A stretch of DNA of 35,982 nucleotides from an uncultured Actinocrispum sp. (GTDB lineage: Bacteria > Actinomycetota > Actinomycetes > Mycobacteriales > Pseudonocardiaceae), in contig CBIMJO010000001.1 of the NCBI GenBank assembly GCA_966244135.1, positions 1-35,982 on the forward strand, in the 5' to 3' direction. Below, one piece after another: positions 1 to 8,854 of this stretch (the first letter of the stretch is position 1; every line of letters begins with the position of its first letter). The notes under the pieces are model-generated. The model worked only from the letters and a program-made list of their open reading frames with translations, ran no database searches and was not told the DNA's origin. The translations under genes and the position numbers were made by a program.

Positions 1-331
1 CGGCGGCCCAGTCGATCGCGGCCATCGCGTCGTCGGCGTCGCCCGGGTCGAAGGGCGGCCGTTGCGTTCCGTCCGATGAGCCGGTGCCCCTGATGTCCAC
101 CAGCAGTGACGCGTAGCCACGCGCCGCGAACCATCGTTCGGTCACCGATCCGGTGAGCGCGGCGACGTCCCGGCGGTAGGGCAGGACCGTGACCAGGACG
201 GGCACCGGCTCTGCGTCCGATGGCAGGAACAGGTCGGCCGACAGGGTCACATCGGACTGTCCGGCCGGTATCCGGACGTCCCGGACCACAGTGACCTCGT
301 AACGCCGATCCGTGTGCATGCGAGCAGGCAT
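1..331 (-). CDS. CocE/NonD family hydrolase, N-terminal part (runs off window start)
   Basis: Not in the ORF track because there is no stop in the window. Manual translation from ATG at 331 (GGAGG RBS upstream): MPARMHTDRRYEVTVVRDVRIP...LSADLFLP...PVLVTVLPYRR...WFAARGYASLLVDIRGTGSSDG...AIDWAA, typical CocE/NonD motifs. Confidence 0.88.
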   Translation of the reverse strand, partial: MPARMHTDRRYEVTVVRDVRIPAGQSDVTLSADLFLPSDAEPVPVLVTVLPYRRDVAALTGSVTERWFAARGYASLLVDIRGTGSSDGTQRPPFDPGDADDAMAAIDWAA

Positions 332-373
332 CGTCGCCTCCGGCCCGAAGTGGGTACGAAATGGAATACGTCA

Positions 374-393
374 GTACCGTCGACAGTACGGTA
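374..393. promoter_or_regulatory. Putative TetR operator upstream of the CocE/NonD gene
   Basis: GTACCGTCGACAGTAC (374-389) shares GTACC-N5-CAGTAC with the site at 1148-1163; an overlapping inverted repeat TACCGT-N7-ACGGTA spans 375-393. Confidence 0.5.
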
Positions 394-444
394 GGCACAC
401 CCGACTGTCCGCCGCAAGCCCCACAGCGGGCGGTTGCCCAGCCG

Positions 445-1074
445 TTACGCGGGCGAGCGGTTGGTGAGCGCGGACAGCACGAGGGCGGCCAGCTCGGTGT
501 AAGCGTCCGCGGTGGACAGTCCGGTCCGGTCGAGCAGCTCGCCGTGCTGGATGCCGTCGATCAGCAGACTCACCGCGCCGCCGACGAACTCGGCGTTGAC
601 CGCGCGGAACGCACCGGAGGCCACACCGTCCTGAATGGACTCACGAACCCGGTGCGCGGTGGCCATCGAGTGCTTGGCGTAGATCTCGGCGGTGGCCTCG
701 GCACCGACCATGTCCGCGTAGCACTCCGGCGACATGTGCCGCAGCTCCTCACCGAGCCCGGACAGGTAGGCCGCGATCCGCTGCGGCGGGTCGGTGATCG
801 ACGCGACCTTCTCGGTGACCCGCGCGGTGGCCTCCCGGAAGAAGTGCCGCATGGCGACCACGACGAGCTGTTCCTTGCTGGCCGCGATGGCGTACAAAGT
901 CGACTTCGAGCACTGCAGCCGGCCGGCCAGGTCGTCCACCGTCAGCCGGGCGAACCCCTCCGCCAGGATCAGGTTCTCCAGCCGCAGCAGCAGCTCCGCG
1001 CGCCTGCTGTCGGACATCCGGCGCCCCCGCGCCGGACGCGCTCCCGGCGTCATCCAGGATGGCTTAGCGGTCAT
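445..1074 (-). CDS. TetR/AcrR family transcriptional regulator
   Basis: HTH motif LILAEGFARLTVDDLAGRLQCSKSTLY. Start placed at ATG 1074 (GAGG RBS) rather than 1182. Confidence 0.92.
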   Translation of the reverse strand: MTAKPSWMTPGARPARGRRMSDSRRAELLLRLENLILAEGFARLTVDDLAGRLQCSKSTLYAIAASKEQLVVVAMRHFFREATARVTEKVASITDPPQRIAAYLSGLGEELRHMSPECYADMVGAEATAEIYAKHSMATAHRVRESIQDGVASGAFRAVNAEFVGGAVSLLIDGIQHGELLDRTGLSTADAYTELAALVLSALTNRSPA

Positions 1075-1130
1075 CGTGTCGCCTCGCATGCTGTCCACGG
1101 CACTCCCAAGATCAGCGAGCCCGGTAAGGA

Positions 1131-1164
1131 CAGTACCCGGTACGATCGTACCCCGCCCAGTACC
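1131..1164. promoter_or_regulatory. Putative TetR autoregulatory operator
   Basis: Perfect 14-bp palindrome GGTACGATCGTACC (1139-1152), plus GTACCCCGCCCAGTAC (1148-1163) and repeated CAGTACC, upstream of tetR. Confidence 0.5.
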
Positions 1165-1165
1165 C

Positions 1166-2002
1166 TCACGGGAGTAGGCCAAGGCGCCGGGCGGTGACCA
1201 CAGCCTCCATCCTGGAACCCGCGTGCAGCTTGCGCATGGCGCTGCGCAGGTAGCTCTTCACGGTCTCGGCGGTCAGCCCCAGATCCGCCGCGACCTGCGT
1301 ATTCGTCCAGCCCAGGGCGACGCACGCCAGCACGTCCGCCTCGCGGGCCGACAGGGTCGGCGCGGTACCCGGCCGCGCGGCCCGCTCCCCCACCGCCGAC
1401 AGCTGCTCGCACCCCGCCAGCACCCGCCGCCGCGCGTCCTCGTCGGCCAGGCCGGCGGCCACGACGCGCAACTGGGCGTAGGCCGCACGGAGCACCTCCC
1501 ACTGCGGCCGGGCCGGGTCGGCCACGTCGTAGCGGTCGAGCGACTTCAGCCGCAGCGCGACCTCGTCGTGCACGGCCTGCGCCTGTTCGAGATCCCGGGC
1601 GGTCTCCAGGACCGAGTGCACGATCCGGTCGCCGATGGGCAGGTCGCCGCGCTGCGCGCCGTAGAGCACCGCGCGCACGACCCGGCCGACGACGACCGGG
1701 ACGGCCACCATGGCGTGCAGTCCCTCAGCCTGGATGACGTGGTCGTAGTGGTGGGTGATCCCGGTCGCCGACACGTAGTCGTTGACCACCACCGGCCGGC
1801 GCAGCGCCACCACCTTGCCGCCGAGGCCCCGGCCGCAGTCGAGGGTGACGCCACGCAGCGGGCCCACCACCGGGCCGGCGAACTGGGTGAGGCTGGTCTG
1901 CCGCTCGGCGTCGACCGGGCCGCCGAAGGTGAGCGGCAACCCGGTCACCCCGCGCATCCTGGTCAGCGCCCGCAGGATCCGCGGCCGGATGTCCGTGTCC
2001 AT
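1166..2002 (-). CDS. GAF domain + LuxR C-terminal HTH transcriptional regulator (RamA-like architecture)
   Basis: GAF signature GRGLGGKVVALRRPVVVNDY...EGLHAMVAVPV; LuxR HTH LSAREADVL...TVKSYLRSAMRKL. ATG 2002 with GGAGGAGG RBS. Confidence 0.9.
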   Translation of the reverse strand: MDTDIRPRILRALTRMRGVTGLPLTFGGPVDAERQTSLTQFAGPVVGPLRGVTLDCGRGLGGKVVALRRPVVVNDYVSATGITHHYDHVIQAEGLHAMVAVPVVVGRVVRAVLYGAQRGDLPIGDRIVHSVLETARDLEQAQAVHDEVALRLKSLDRYDVADPARPQWEVLRAAYAQLRVVAAGLADEDARRRVLAGCEQLSAVGERAARPGTAPTLSAREADVLACVALGWTNTQVAADLGLTAETVKSYLRSAMRKLHAGSRMEAVVTARRLGLLP

Positions 2003-2138
2003 CGCGCCTCCTCCCCTCACTCGGGGGTGCCTCGAGGATTGTTGTTGGGGAAACATCATTCGCTACCGAGCTTCTCCGGGGAGGGAGGGAATCGCTCAGC
2101 CGAAGGTACGCCGTTCACCCGATCTCCGGGAGCACCCC

Positions 2139-3716
2139 ATGACCAGCCCGCAGGATCACATCGCCGAACTGCTGACCCTCTTCGGGCACGCCGGGGCCTG
2201 CACCGCGGAGTTGTTGTGCGACCAGCATCCCGCGGACGCGGTGGCCTTCACTGTCATCGAGCCGGATCTGAGCTTCGAGGACCTGACCTACGGACAGCTG
2301 CGGGACCGCTCCGCCCGGTTCGCGACCGCCTTGGCATCCCTGGGTGTCGGGCGCGGCGACCGGGTCGCCACGCTGATGGGCAAGTCCGCCGAGCTGGTCA
2401 TCGCCGCGCTGGCCATCTGGCGGCTCGGCGCGGTCCAGGTACCGCTGTTCACGGCGCTGGCTCCGCCCGCGATCGCCGGCCGGATCACCGGCAGCGGCGC
2501 CACCGTCGCGATCACCGAGGCCGCGTACCGCGCCAAACTGGACCAGATCGGCCCGATGCCGCTGATCGTCAGCACGGACATGGCCAGTGGCACCGATTTC
2601 TCGTTCCACGCCATGCTCAGCTCCGCGCCACAGCCGGTCCCGGTGCCCGTCGGCGGCGACGGGATCATCGTCGAGCTGTACACGTCCGGTACGACCGGCG
2701 CACCCAAGGGCGTGACCGTCCCGTTGCGGGCGGTGGCCTCGATACGCGCGTACCAGCTGTACGGCCTGGACCACCACGAGTCCGATGTGTACTGGAACGC
2801 CGCCGATCCCGGCTGGGCGTACGGGCTTTACCACGCCGTCATCGGCCCGCTCGCGCTGGGCCGCCGGAGCCTGCTGCTGCACAGCGGATTCTCGCCCGAG
2901 CTGACCTGCTCCGTGCTGGACCGGTTCGAAGTCACCAACTTCACCGCGGGCCCGACGGTCTACCGGGCGCTGCGCAACGCCGGAGGCAAGACGTCGGCGC
3001 CGCTCGCACACTGCTCCTCGGCGGGTGAACCGCTCCCACCGGATGTCAGCGTGTGGGCCGAACAGGCGCTGGGCGCGCCGATTCGTGACCACTATGGACA
3101 GACCGAGCTCGGGATGGTCGCCGCCAACGGCTGGCATGCCGACGTCATGGCCGAGCTGCGGCCCGGGTCGATGGGACGTGCGCTGCCCGGGTGGCGGCTG
3201 GACGTTCTTCAGTCCGATGTGGACGAACCGGCACCGGCCGGTTCGCCGGGCCGGCTGGCCGTCGACCTCGACGGCAGCCCGCTGATGTGGTTCACCGGGT
3301 ACCGCGGCCTGCCCGGGAGGTTCACTCCGGACGGGCGCTGGTACGTCACCGGCGACACGGCGGTGCGGGACGTGGACGGGTTCTTCTCGTTCGCCTCACG
3401 CGACGACGACGTGATCCTGATGGCCGGATACCGGATCGGCCCGCACGAGGTGGAGAACGTGTTGCTGGAGCACGATTCGGTGGCCGATGCCGCGGTGGTC
3501 GGCGCTCCGGACGCGTTGCGGGGCGAGGTGCTGGTGGCCTATGTCGTGCTGCGGCCCGGGTATCGGCCGTCGCGCACGCTGGTGACCGAGTTGCAGAACC
3601 TGGTGAAGACCGGCTTCGCCGCGCACGCCTACCCCCGCGAGGTCCACTTCCTGGCAGAGCTGCCGCGCACATCCAGCGGCAAGCTCCAGCGCTCCGCGCT
3701 GCGCCGTCCGCGCTGA
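2139..3716 (+). CDS. AMP-binding acyl-CoA synthetase (acetate/short- to medium-chain acid CoA ligase-like)
   Basis: YTSGTTGAPKG P-loop, ADPGWAYG, SAGEPL, HYGQTE, RDDDVILMAGYRIGP, LPRTSSGK. ATG 2139 after GGAG. Confidence 0.92.
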   Translation: MTSPQDHIAELLTLFGHAGACTAELLCDQHPADAVAFTVIEPDLSFEDLTYGQLRDRSARFATALASLGVGRGDRVATLMGKSAELVIAALAIWRLGAVQVPLFTALAPPAIAGRITGSGATVAITEAAYRAKLDQIGPMPLIVSTDMASGTDFSFHAMLSSAPQPVPVPVGGDGIIVELYTSGTTGAPKGVTVPLRAVASIRAYQLYGLDHHESDVYWNAADPGWAYGLYHAVIGPLALGRRSLLLHSGFSPELTCSVLDRFEVTNFTAGPTVYRALRNAGGKTSAPLAHCSSAGEPLPPDVSVWAEQALGAPIRDHYGQTELGMVAANGWHADVMAELRPGSMGRALPGWRLDVLQSDVDEPAPAGSPGRLAVDLDGSPLMWFTGYRGLPGRFTPDGRWYVTGDTAVRDVDGFFSFASRDDDVILMAGYRIGPHEVENVLLEHDSVADAAVVGAPDALRGEVLVAYVVLRPGYRPSRTLVTELQNLVKTGFAAHAYPREVHFLAELPRTSSGKLQRSALRRPR

Positions 3717-3793
3717 CGGCCGCCGGAGAGCACGGCCCCCTGTCTCGCGCTCCACCCTGCCCGGAGCGCGTGTTCACCCTGCCCAAGGAGGCA

Positions 3794-4714
3794 ATGATGC
3801 CTGCCAACCGCCGCATGTTCCTGCTCGGCGCCGCCGCGACGGTCCTCGTACCGGCCGCGGCCCCCCGTGTGGTGGCCGAGAACCGGCTCGGCGCCCGGAT
3901 GCTCGACATCACCATCGACTCGCCCGCGCTCGGCGCGGCGGTTCCGGTGCGGCTGCTGCTGCCACCGGCCTGGACGGCGGGCTCGTCCCGCAGCTGGCCG
4001 GTGCTGTACCTGTTGCACGGCGCCGGCGACGACTACACGTCGTGGACCCGGTCCACCGATGTCGCGACTTTGGTCCAGCAGAAGGAGATCCTGGTGGTCA
4101 TGCCGTCCGGCGGCCGGGACGGCTTCTACTCGGACTGGCGCACCGGCCAGCACTGGGAGACGTTCCACCTGACCGAGATGCTGCCGATCATCGAACGTGG
4201 CTATGGCGCGGGCGGCACCCGCGTCATAGCCGGGCTGTCGATGGGCGGGTTCGGCGCGATGTCCTACGCCGCACGGCATCCCGGTATGTTCCAGGCGGCC
4301 GCGTCCTACAGCGGGCTGCTGCACACCCGCCAGTCCGCCCGCAGCACCAGCCTCATCCAAGGGGTTCTGGTCAAGGACGGCTACGACCCCTTCGCCCTGT
4401 GGGGGGACCCGATCGTCAACGCCGCGAACTGGGCCGCGCACAACCCGTACGACCTGGCCGGCGAACTGCTTGGCATCCCGTTGTACGTCGCGTGCGGTGA
4501 CGGTCAGGTCGGACCGCTCGACCCGCCCGGGGCCCTGCCCGACCTCGCGATCGAACCGGTATGCCGGGAGCAGAGCGCCGCGTTCGTCCAACGGGTCCGC
4601 CAGCTGGGCGGCACCGTGACCGCCAACCTCTACACCCCCGGCACGCACAACTGGGGCTGGTGGCAACGAGAACTGCACTCCTCGTTCCCCATGCTCGCCA
4701 CCGCGCTCGCCTGA
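3794..4714 (+). CDS. Tat-exported esterase, antigen-85-like putative esterase family
   Basis: AAGGAGG RBS; twin-arginine signal NRRMFLL; PVLYLLHG, GFYSDW, GLSMGG nucleophile elbow, GTHNW catalytic His motif. Confidence 0.88.
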   Translation: MMPANRRMFLLGAAATVLVPAAAPRVVAENRLGARMLDITIDSPALGAAVPVRLLLPPAWTAGSSRSWPVLYLLHGAGDDYTSWTRSTDVATLVQQKEILVVMPSGGRDGFYSDWRTGQHWETFHLTEMLPIIERGYGAGGTRVIAGLSMGGFGAMSYAARHPGMFQAAASYSGLLHTRQSARSTSLIQGVLVKDGYDPFALWGDPIVNAANWAAHNPYDLAGELLGIPLYVACGDGQVGPLDPPGALPDLAIEPVCREQSAAFVQRVRQLGGTVTANLYTPGTHNWGWWQRELHSSFPMLATALA

Positions 4715-4750
4715 TCCACAGTGGACACCTGGCCGGCGGCACCCCGCCGG

Positions 4751-5959
4751 TCAGGTGCCGGTGCGGCGCATGACGAGCAGGGCGACGTCGTCCTCGGGCG
4801 GGTTGGCGCCGGTGAGGGCGGACATGACCTTGGCGGTGACGGCCTCGGCGGGTCTGGTGTCGATGGCGGCGCGCAGGAGTTCCAGGCCGGTGTCCACGAT
4901 CCAGTCCCGGCGTTCGATCAGGCCGTCGGTGTAGAAGCAGACCACGGAGCCTTCGGGGATCTCGACGGCGGTGCTGCGGCGATCTCCGTTGTGCCGCATG
5001 CCGATCGGCGGATCCGGCCGCAGGTCCAGCAGTTCCGCCGCCGCGCCCGGACGGGCCAGGACGGGTGGTGGGTGACCGGCCAGGGACACGTTCATCCGGG
5101 CATGGGACGGTTCCACGACCGCGTACAACACCGTCGCCATGATGCCCGGTTCGAAGTGGGTCGCCTTGCGGTTCAGCTTCTCCAGCACGCCGGCCGGGTC
5201 CTCGACGTCGAGGGCGTAGGCGCGCAAGGCACTGCGCAGGCGGCCCATCACCACGGCCGCGGGCAACCCGTGCCCCACGACATCGCCCATCACGATGCCC
5301 CAGCGGTCACCGGGCAACGGGAACACGTCGTACCAGTCGCCGCCGATCCGAAGCCCCGCACCGGGAACGTACCGCGCCGCGAACTCCAGGCCTTCCGGCC
5401 GCGGCAGCCTGCCGGGCAGCAGGCTGCGCTGCAACGCCGCCGCGGTCGCCCGCTCGGTCTGCGAAACCTGGGACTGCGTGGCCAAAGCGATCCGGTCGGC
5501 GGCCAGCTGCAGCAGCTGGATGTCGTGATCGTCGAACTGCCGGTGCGCGAACGTACCAACGTGCACGACGCCGATCAGCCGGCCGGCGGCCACCATCGGC
5601 ACGCCCAGCATGGTGTGCAGGCCCTTCTCCCACAGCAACGGGTTCACCACGGTCGACGCGTCGACCCGTTCGATGATCACGGGCTTCCGTTCCGCGGCAA
5701 CCTGACCGGCGAAACCCGAGCCCACCGGGACGCGAACGCCCTGCCGGACCTCCTCCTCGAACCCCGCCGCCGCGGCCGCTACGAGCTGACCGGCGCCGCT
5801 GTCGTGCAACAGGACGGTGGCAGTGTCGACCGCGAGCAGGTCACGCACCCGCTCCAGCAGCTCCTGCAGGAGCTTCTCCAGGTCGAGGTGGGACAGCGCC
5901 GAATCGGTCACACTCTCGATCCGCTGCAACTGATCCTCTGCGCCGTTGGCCTCCGTCAC
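4751..5959 (-). CDS. GAF + SpoIIE/RsbU-type PP2C protein phosphatase
   Basis: GAF (GSGFAGQVA...LGVPM), LQRSLLP, GGDWYD, GDVVGHG, YTDGLIE, DDVALL motifs. Confidence 0.93.
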   Translation of the reverse strand: MTEANGAEDQLQRIESVTDSALSHLDLEKLLQELLERVRDLLAVDTATVLLHDSGAGQLVAAAAAGFEEEVRQGVRVPVGSGFAGQVAAERKPVIIERVDASTVVNPLLWEKGLHTMLGVPMVAAGRLIGVVHVGTFAHRQFDDHDIQLLQLAADRIALATQSQVSQTERATAAALQRSLLPGRLPRPEGLEFAARYVPGAGLRIGGDWYDVFPLPGDRWGIVMGDVVGHGLPAAVVMGRLRSALRAYALDVEDPAGVLEKLNRKATHFEPGIMATVLYAVVEPSHARMNVSLAGHPPPVLARPGAAAELLDLRPDPPIGMRHNGDRRSTAVEIPEGSVVCFYTDGLIERRDWIVDTGLELLRAAIDTRPAEAVTAKVMSALTGANPPEDDVALLVMRRTGT

Positions 5960-5990
5960 GCGGTCAGGCTAACGCAACACCGTGCCGCGA

Positions 5991-6344
5991 TCATGCGGCC
6001 GAGGCCACGACCCGCCCGGCAGCGGTGTCCATGCTGGCCCGGCAGGCCGCGACCAGCCGGTCCGTGGCAGCGCTTCCGCCGTCACCGCAACGCGGGCAGG
6101 ACATGCTCACCGTGTGCGTCAGCTCGTCCACCGCGACGGTCAGGGCCGTCCGGCAGGTACGGCACCAGCGATGCCGCGTGATCTGGTTGACGTGCACGGG
6201 CGAGCTGACGCACTGGTGGATCCACCGGCCGTGCACGTGGCAGGTCAGCCGGTCGTCGGGGGCCAGGAAGCCCATGTCCTCAGCGATGTCCTCCATCGCC
6301 AGGCTGGTGGCGAGGTCGGTCCTCAGCCGGGTCACGGTGCTCAT
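5991..6344 (-). CDS. Small Cys/His-rich hypothetical protein, probably metal (Zn) binding
   Basis: 117 aa with purine-rich RBS; CHVH..WIHQC, HRWCRTC and CPRC motifs; GC-rich third positions; fits between its neighbours. Confidence 0.75.
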   Translation of the reverse strand: MSTVTRLRTDLATSLAMEDIAEDMGFLAPDDRLTCHVHGRWIHQCVSSPVHVNQITRHRWCRTCRTALTVAVDELTHTVSMSCPRCGDGGSAATDRLVAACRASMDTAAGRVVASAA

Positions 6345-6419
6345 CTCGGGTCCCCTTTCCGGTCTCTGCCCATGCGTCGAGCCGGACCCGGCGATCTCGA
6401 CACGACCGCGGCGAAATTC

Positions 6420-6794
6420 TCAGCCGATTCCCGGCGGCAGGAACCCGTGCTCGGACAGGTCGAACCAGTTGCCCTCCGGGTCGATCGCGCGGTACTCGGC
6501 GAACGGCCGGCCGGTCGGCCGCGAGACCGGCCGCGGCACACCCGCGGCCACCATCCGGCCGGACACGGCGGCCACATCGCCCACGGCGAACCCGAAGTGG
6601 TTGAACCCGGCCGGTGTCTCGCCGTCCAGCCGGTGCTGGATGAGCGCGAGGTTGATGTACCCATCAGTCACGAAGTGGCTGCCGTCCGGGTCGACGTGGA
6701 ACAGCTCCATCTCCAGCTGCTCGCAGTAGAACGCGGCCATCTTGGCGGCGTCGCGCACGACGAAGGCGACGTGCCGCAACTTGGGCTTGCTCAT
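6420..6794 (-). CDS. VOC/glyoxalase family protein
   Basis: MSKPKLRHVAFVVRD...FY...GFNHFGFAVGD...DPEGNWFDL; its ATG overlaps the upstream stop (ATGA). Confidence 0.9.
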   Translation of the reverse strand: MSKPKLRHVAFVVRDAAKMAAFYCEQLEMELFHVDPDGSHFVTDGYINLALIQHRLDGETPAGFNHFGFAVGDVAAVSGRMVAAGVPRPVSRPTGRPFAEYRAIDPEGNWFDLSEHGFLPPGIG

Positions 6795-7159
6795 CGGGTC
6801 GGTCCTCCAGCGGCGGGAATCATGTTGTGGAAGGCGGTGATCGCGCCGTCGGTGACGACGGCCTGGGCGTGGGTGGTGATCCCGGCGGGATAGATCGTGG
6901 ATGTGGCGTGCACCAACCACACCCCGCCGGCCAGCTCCCGGACGAACCGGATCTCCGGCGCGAGCAGCGTTCCCTGGTACACGGTGGTGAACAGCCGGGC
7001 GTGCGACTGTTCGACGGTCGCCCGGCCGTGGTGTTCCTCGCCGCGCACGGTGACGAACGAGACGTCCTCGGCGAAGACCGACGCGAACGCGGTGGCGTCC
7101 CCGCGGTTCCACCCGTCGGCCATGACCTCCCACAGGCGCTTGATGTCGTCGTGGGTCAT
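6791..7159 (-). CDS. NTF2/SnoaL-like protein (SgcJ/EcaC or DUF4440 type)
   Basis: GWNRGDATAFASVFAEDVSFVTVRG...GRATVEQSH...ITAFHN; ATGA overlaps at both ends. Confidence 0.85.
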   Translation of the reverse strand: MTHDDIKRLWEVMADGWNRGDATAFASVFAEDVSFVTVRGEEHHGRATVEQSHARLFTTVYQGTLLAPEIRFVRELAGGVWLVHATSTIYPAGITTHAQAVVTDGAITAFHNMIPAAGGPTR

Positions 7160-7752
7160 GCGGGCACCCCGCTGGACAGCCGCACGGGAACCTGGACACA
7201 GCCGGAATCGCCGGGCTGCCACGCGGCGAGGCTGTGATAAAGCCTGCCGTGCAGGCGTTCCAGGTAGCACACGAGGTTGACCGGCCACCCGCTGGCGCGG
7301 AACACGTACTCGTCCATCGGCGTCGGCCGTTCGCACAACGGATGCGCGCGAGCCGCCGCCGGGCCCAGGCGGTGCCAGTCCGGGTGCATGTGGATCGACC
7401 CGAGGATCTCCAGTCCCCTGGCCTCCGCGGCGCGGGCCGCGCAGAGCAGGTCGGCCGGGTCGAACCACCACGCGCGCACCGGGTTCTCGTACGCGGCCCC
7501 GAACTGCGGCACGATCACCGCCGCGAACTCCGCACGCGCGGCGGGGTTGGTGGTCCGCACGTTGCGCCCGAACTCGATGCCCTCGACGACGTGGGCACCG
7601 TCCACGACCCGCCCGAGGACCACCGCGAAGCACGGTCTGGGCTCATCCGGCGTGATGGCCTCGTACTGGCGGGCGGCGACGTTCAGGAACGGTCGCAGTG
7701 CCCGGTCGGACAGCAACACGGGCGCACGGGCGGCATGCACCGCAGTCGGCAT
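7156..7752 (-). CDS. JAB/MPN (Mov34) domain protein, atypical
   Basis: WWFDPADLLCAARAAEARGLEILGSIHMHPD...PTPMD resembles the JAMM pattern (IDPxExLxA...GLEVVGxYHSHP...PSxxD). ATG 7752 with GGAG RBS. Confidence 0.75.
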   Translation of the reverse strand: MPTAVHAARAPVLLSDRALRPFLNVAARQYEAITPDEPRPCFAVVLGRVVDGAHVVEGIEFGRNVRTTNPAARAEFAAVIVPQFGAAYENPVRAWWFDPADLLCAARAAEARGLEILGSIHMHPDWHRLGPAAARAHPLCERPTPMDEYVFRASGWPVNLVCYLERLHGRLYHSLAAWQPGDSGCVQVPVRLSSGVPA

Positions 7753-7824
7753 CGAAAATCTCCATCTGTGCAGGGGTTTCGGCAAAGCTAGACGAAAGAT
7801 CGGTGCCGGAGACGGCCCGCGGCA

Positions 7825-7852
7825 TATGACAATGGGTGATAACACTCGTCAC
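7825..7852. promoter_or_regulatory. Possible LysR binding region in the divergent promoter
   Basis: AT-rich patch with dyads TAT-N11-ATA (7825-7841) and GTGA-N9-TCAC (7836-7852) between the divergent JAB operon and lysR. Confidence 0.35.
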
Positions 7853-7878
7853 AGCACGCGACCCCCGGAAGGACCTGC

Positions 7879-8841
7879 ATGCGTCTGGACGTCCGTCATC
7901 TGGAGCTGATCGTCGCGATCGGGACCGCGGGCAGCCTGCGGCGCGCGGCCGCCGAACTGCACCTGACCCAGCCCGCGGTGACCACCCAGCTCAGACGGAT
8001 CGAGCGGCACCTGGGCGGCGCGTTGTTCCTGCGCGGCACCGAGGGCGTGCAGCCGACGCACCTGGGCAGCCTCGTGCTGCAGCAGGCCAAGCAGGTGCTC
8101 GGGCAGCTGACCGACCTGGAGCAGACCGCCCGGCGGGAGGCCGCGTCGGTGCCGGTGCGGGTCGCGGGGATCCCGGCCCAGCAGTACGCGCTGCTGGTCG
8201 AGACGCTCAGGACGGTGCTGCCGTCGTCGGAGATCCTCAGCAGCACGCACCGCTCGACGCGGCAGTTGCTGACGATGCTGGACACCGGCGAGGTGGACGT
8301 GGCCGTGCTCCGGGAGTTCCCCGGGTTCCCGTTGCGGCTGCCGCCGCTGGTCGACCATCGGCTGCTGGTGACCGAGCCGATCTTCGTCGGCGCGCACGGG
8401 GACCATTCGCTGGCGGGCCGGACGGACGTCGAGCTCGCCGAACTGGCGGCGGAGAGCTGGGTGATGCCGCACCCGGACGACAGCGGCATGAACGAGTTCT
8501 TCGCGGCCGCCTGCCGCGCCGCCGGGTTCGAGCAGCGGATCACCGACTTCACCACCGAGTCGCACGTGGCGTTCGCGCTGACCTCGTCCGGCCGGGTGAT
8601 CTGCCCGCTGTACCCGATCGGCGCGAACCGGGACGGGCTGGTCACGTTGCCGCTGGCCGGCAACCCGCTGTTGCGGCGGATCGTGCTGGCCTGGCGGACC
8701 GACTGGGCCGAGGCCGCCCTGGTGGACGAGCTCTGCGCGCGGATCGACAAGGGTTACCGTGAGCTGGTCGCGGGCGCCCCGGTCTACGCGGGCTGGTGGG
8801 CGCGCGGCGGGGCCACCTTCGCCCTGCCGGGACCGGAATGA
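7879..8841 (+). CDS. LysR family transcriptional regulator
   Basis: GSLRRAAAELHLTQPAVTTQLRRIERHLGGALFLR HTH followed by a substrate-binding domain (GEVDVAV). Confidence 0.95.
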   Translation: MRLDVRHLELIVAIGTAGSLRRAAAELHLTQPAVTTQLRRIERHLGGALFLRGTEGVQPTHLGSLVLQQAKQVLGQLTDLEQTARREAASVPVRVAGIPAQQYALLVETLRTVLPSSEILSSTHRSTRQLLTMLDTGEVDVAVLREFPGFPLRLPPLVDHRLLVTEPIFVGAHGDHSLAGRTDVELAELAAESWVMPHPDDSGMNEFFAAACRAAGFEQRITDFTTESHVAFALTSSGRVICPLYPIGANRDGLVTLPLAGNPLLRRIVLAWRTDWAEAALVDELCARIDKGYRELVAGAPVYAGWWARGGATFALPGPE

Positions 8842-8854
8842 GAGGCGGAAGACT

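Noticed and set aside
1131-1164. Link between the first TetR's GTAC motifs and the 22.2-22.6 kb array core
   Set aside because: Only the terminal GTAC is shared; the inner sequences differ, so there is no support for the same binder.
1223-6181. Long alternative-frame ORFs (1223-3028, 3629-4678, 4721-6181 and similar ones across the window)
   Set aside because: Arg/Gly/Pro-rich shadow frames overlapping well-supported genes.
7156-7752. JAB as a CBASS Cap3, ubiquitin-like defence or CysO/Mec sulfur-transfer component
   Set aside because: No CD-NTase, E1/E2, ThiS/MoaD or cysteine synthase gene is nearby; the neighbours are small-molecule enzymes.
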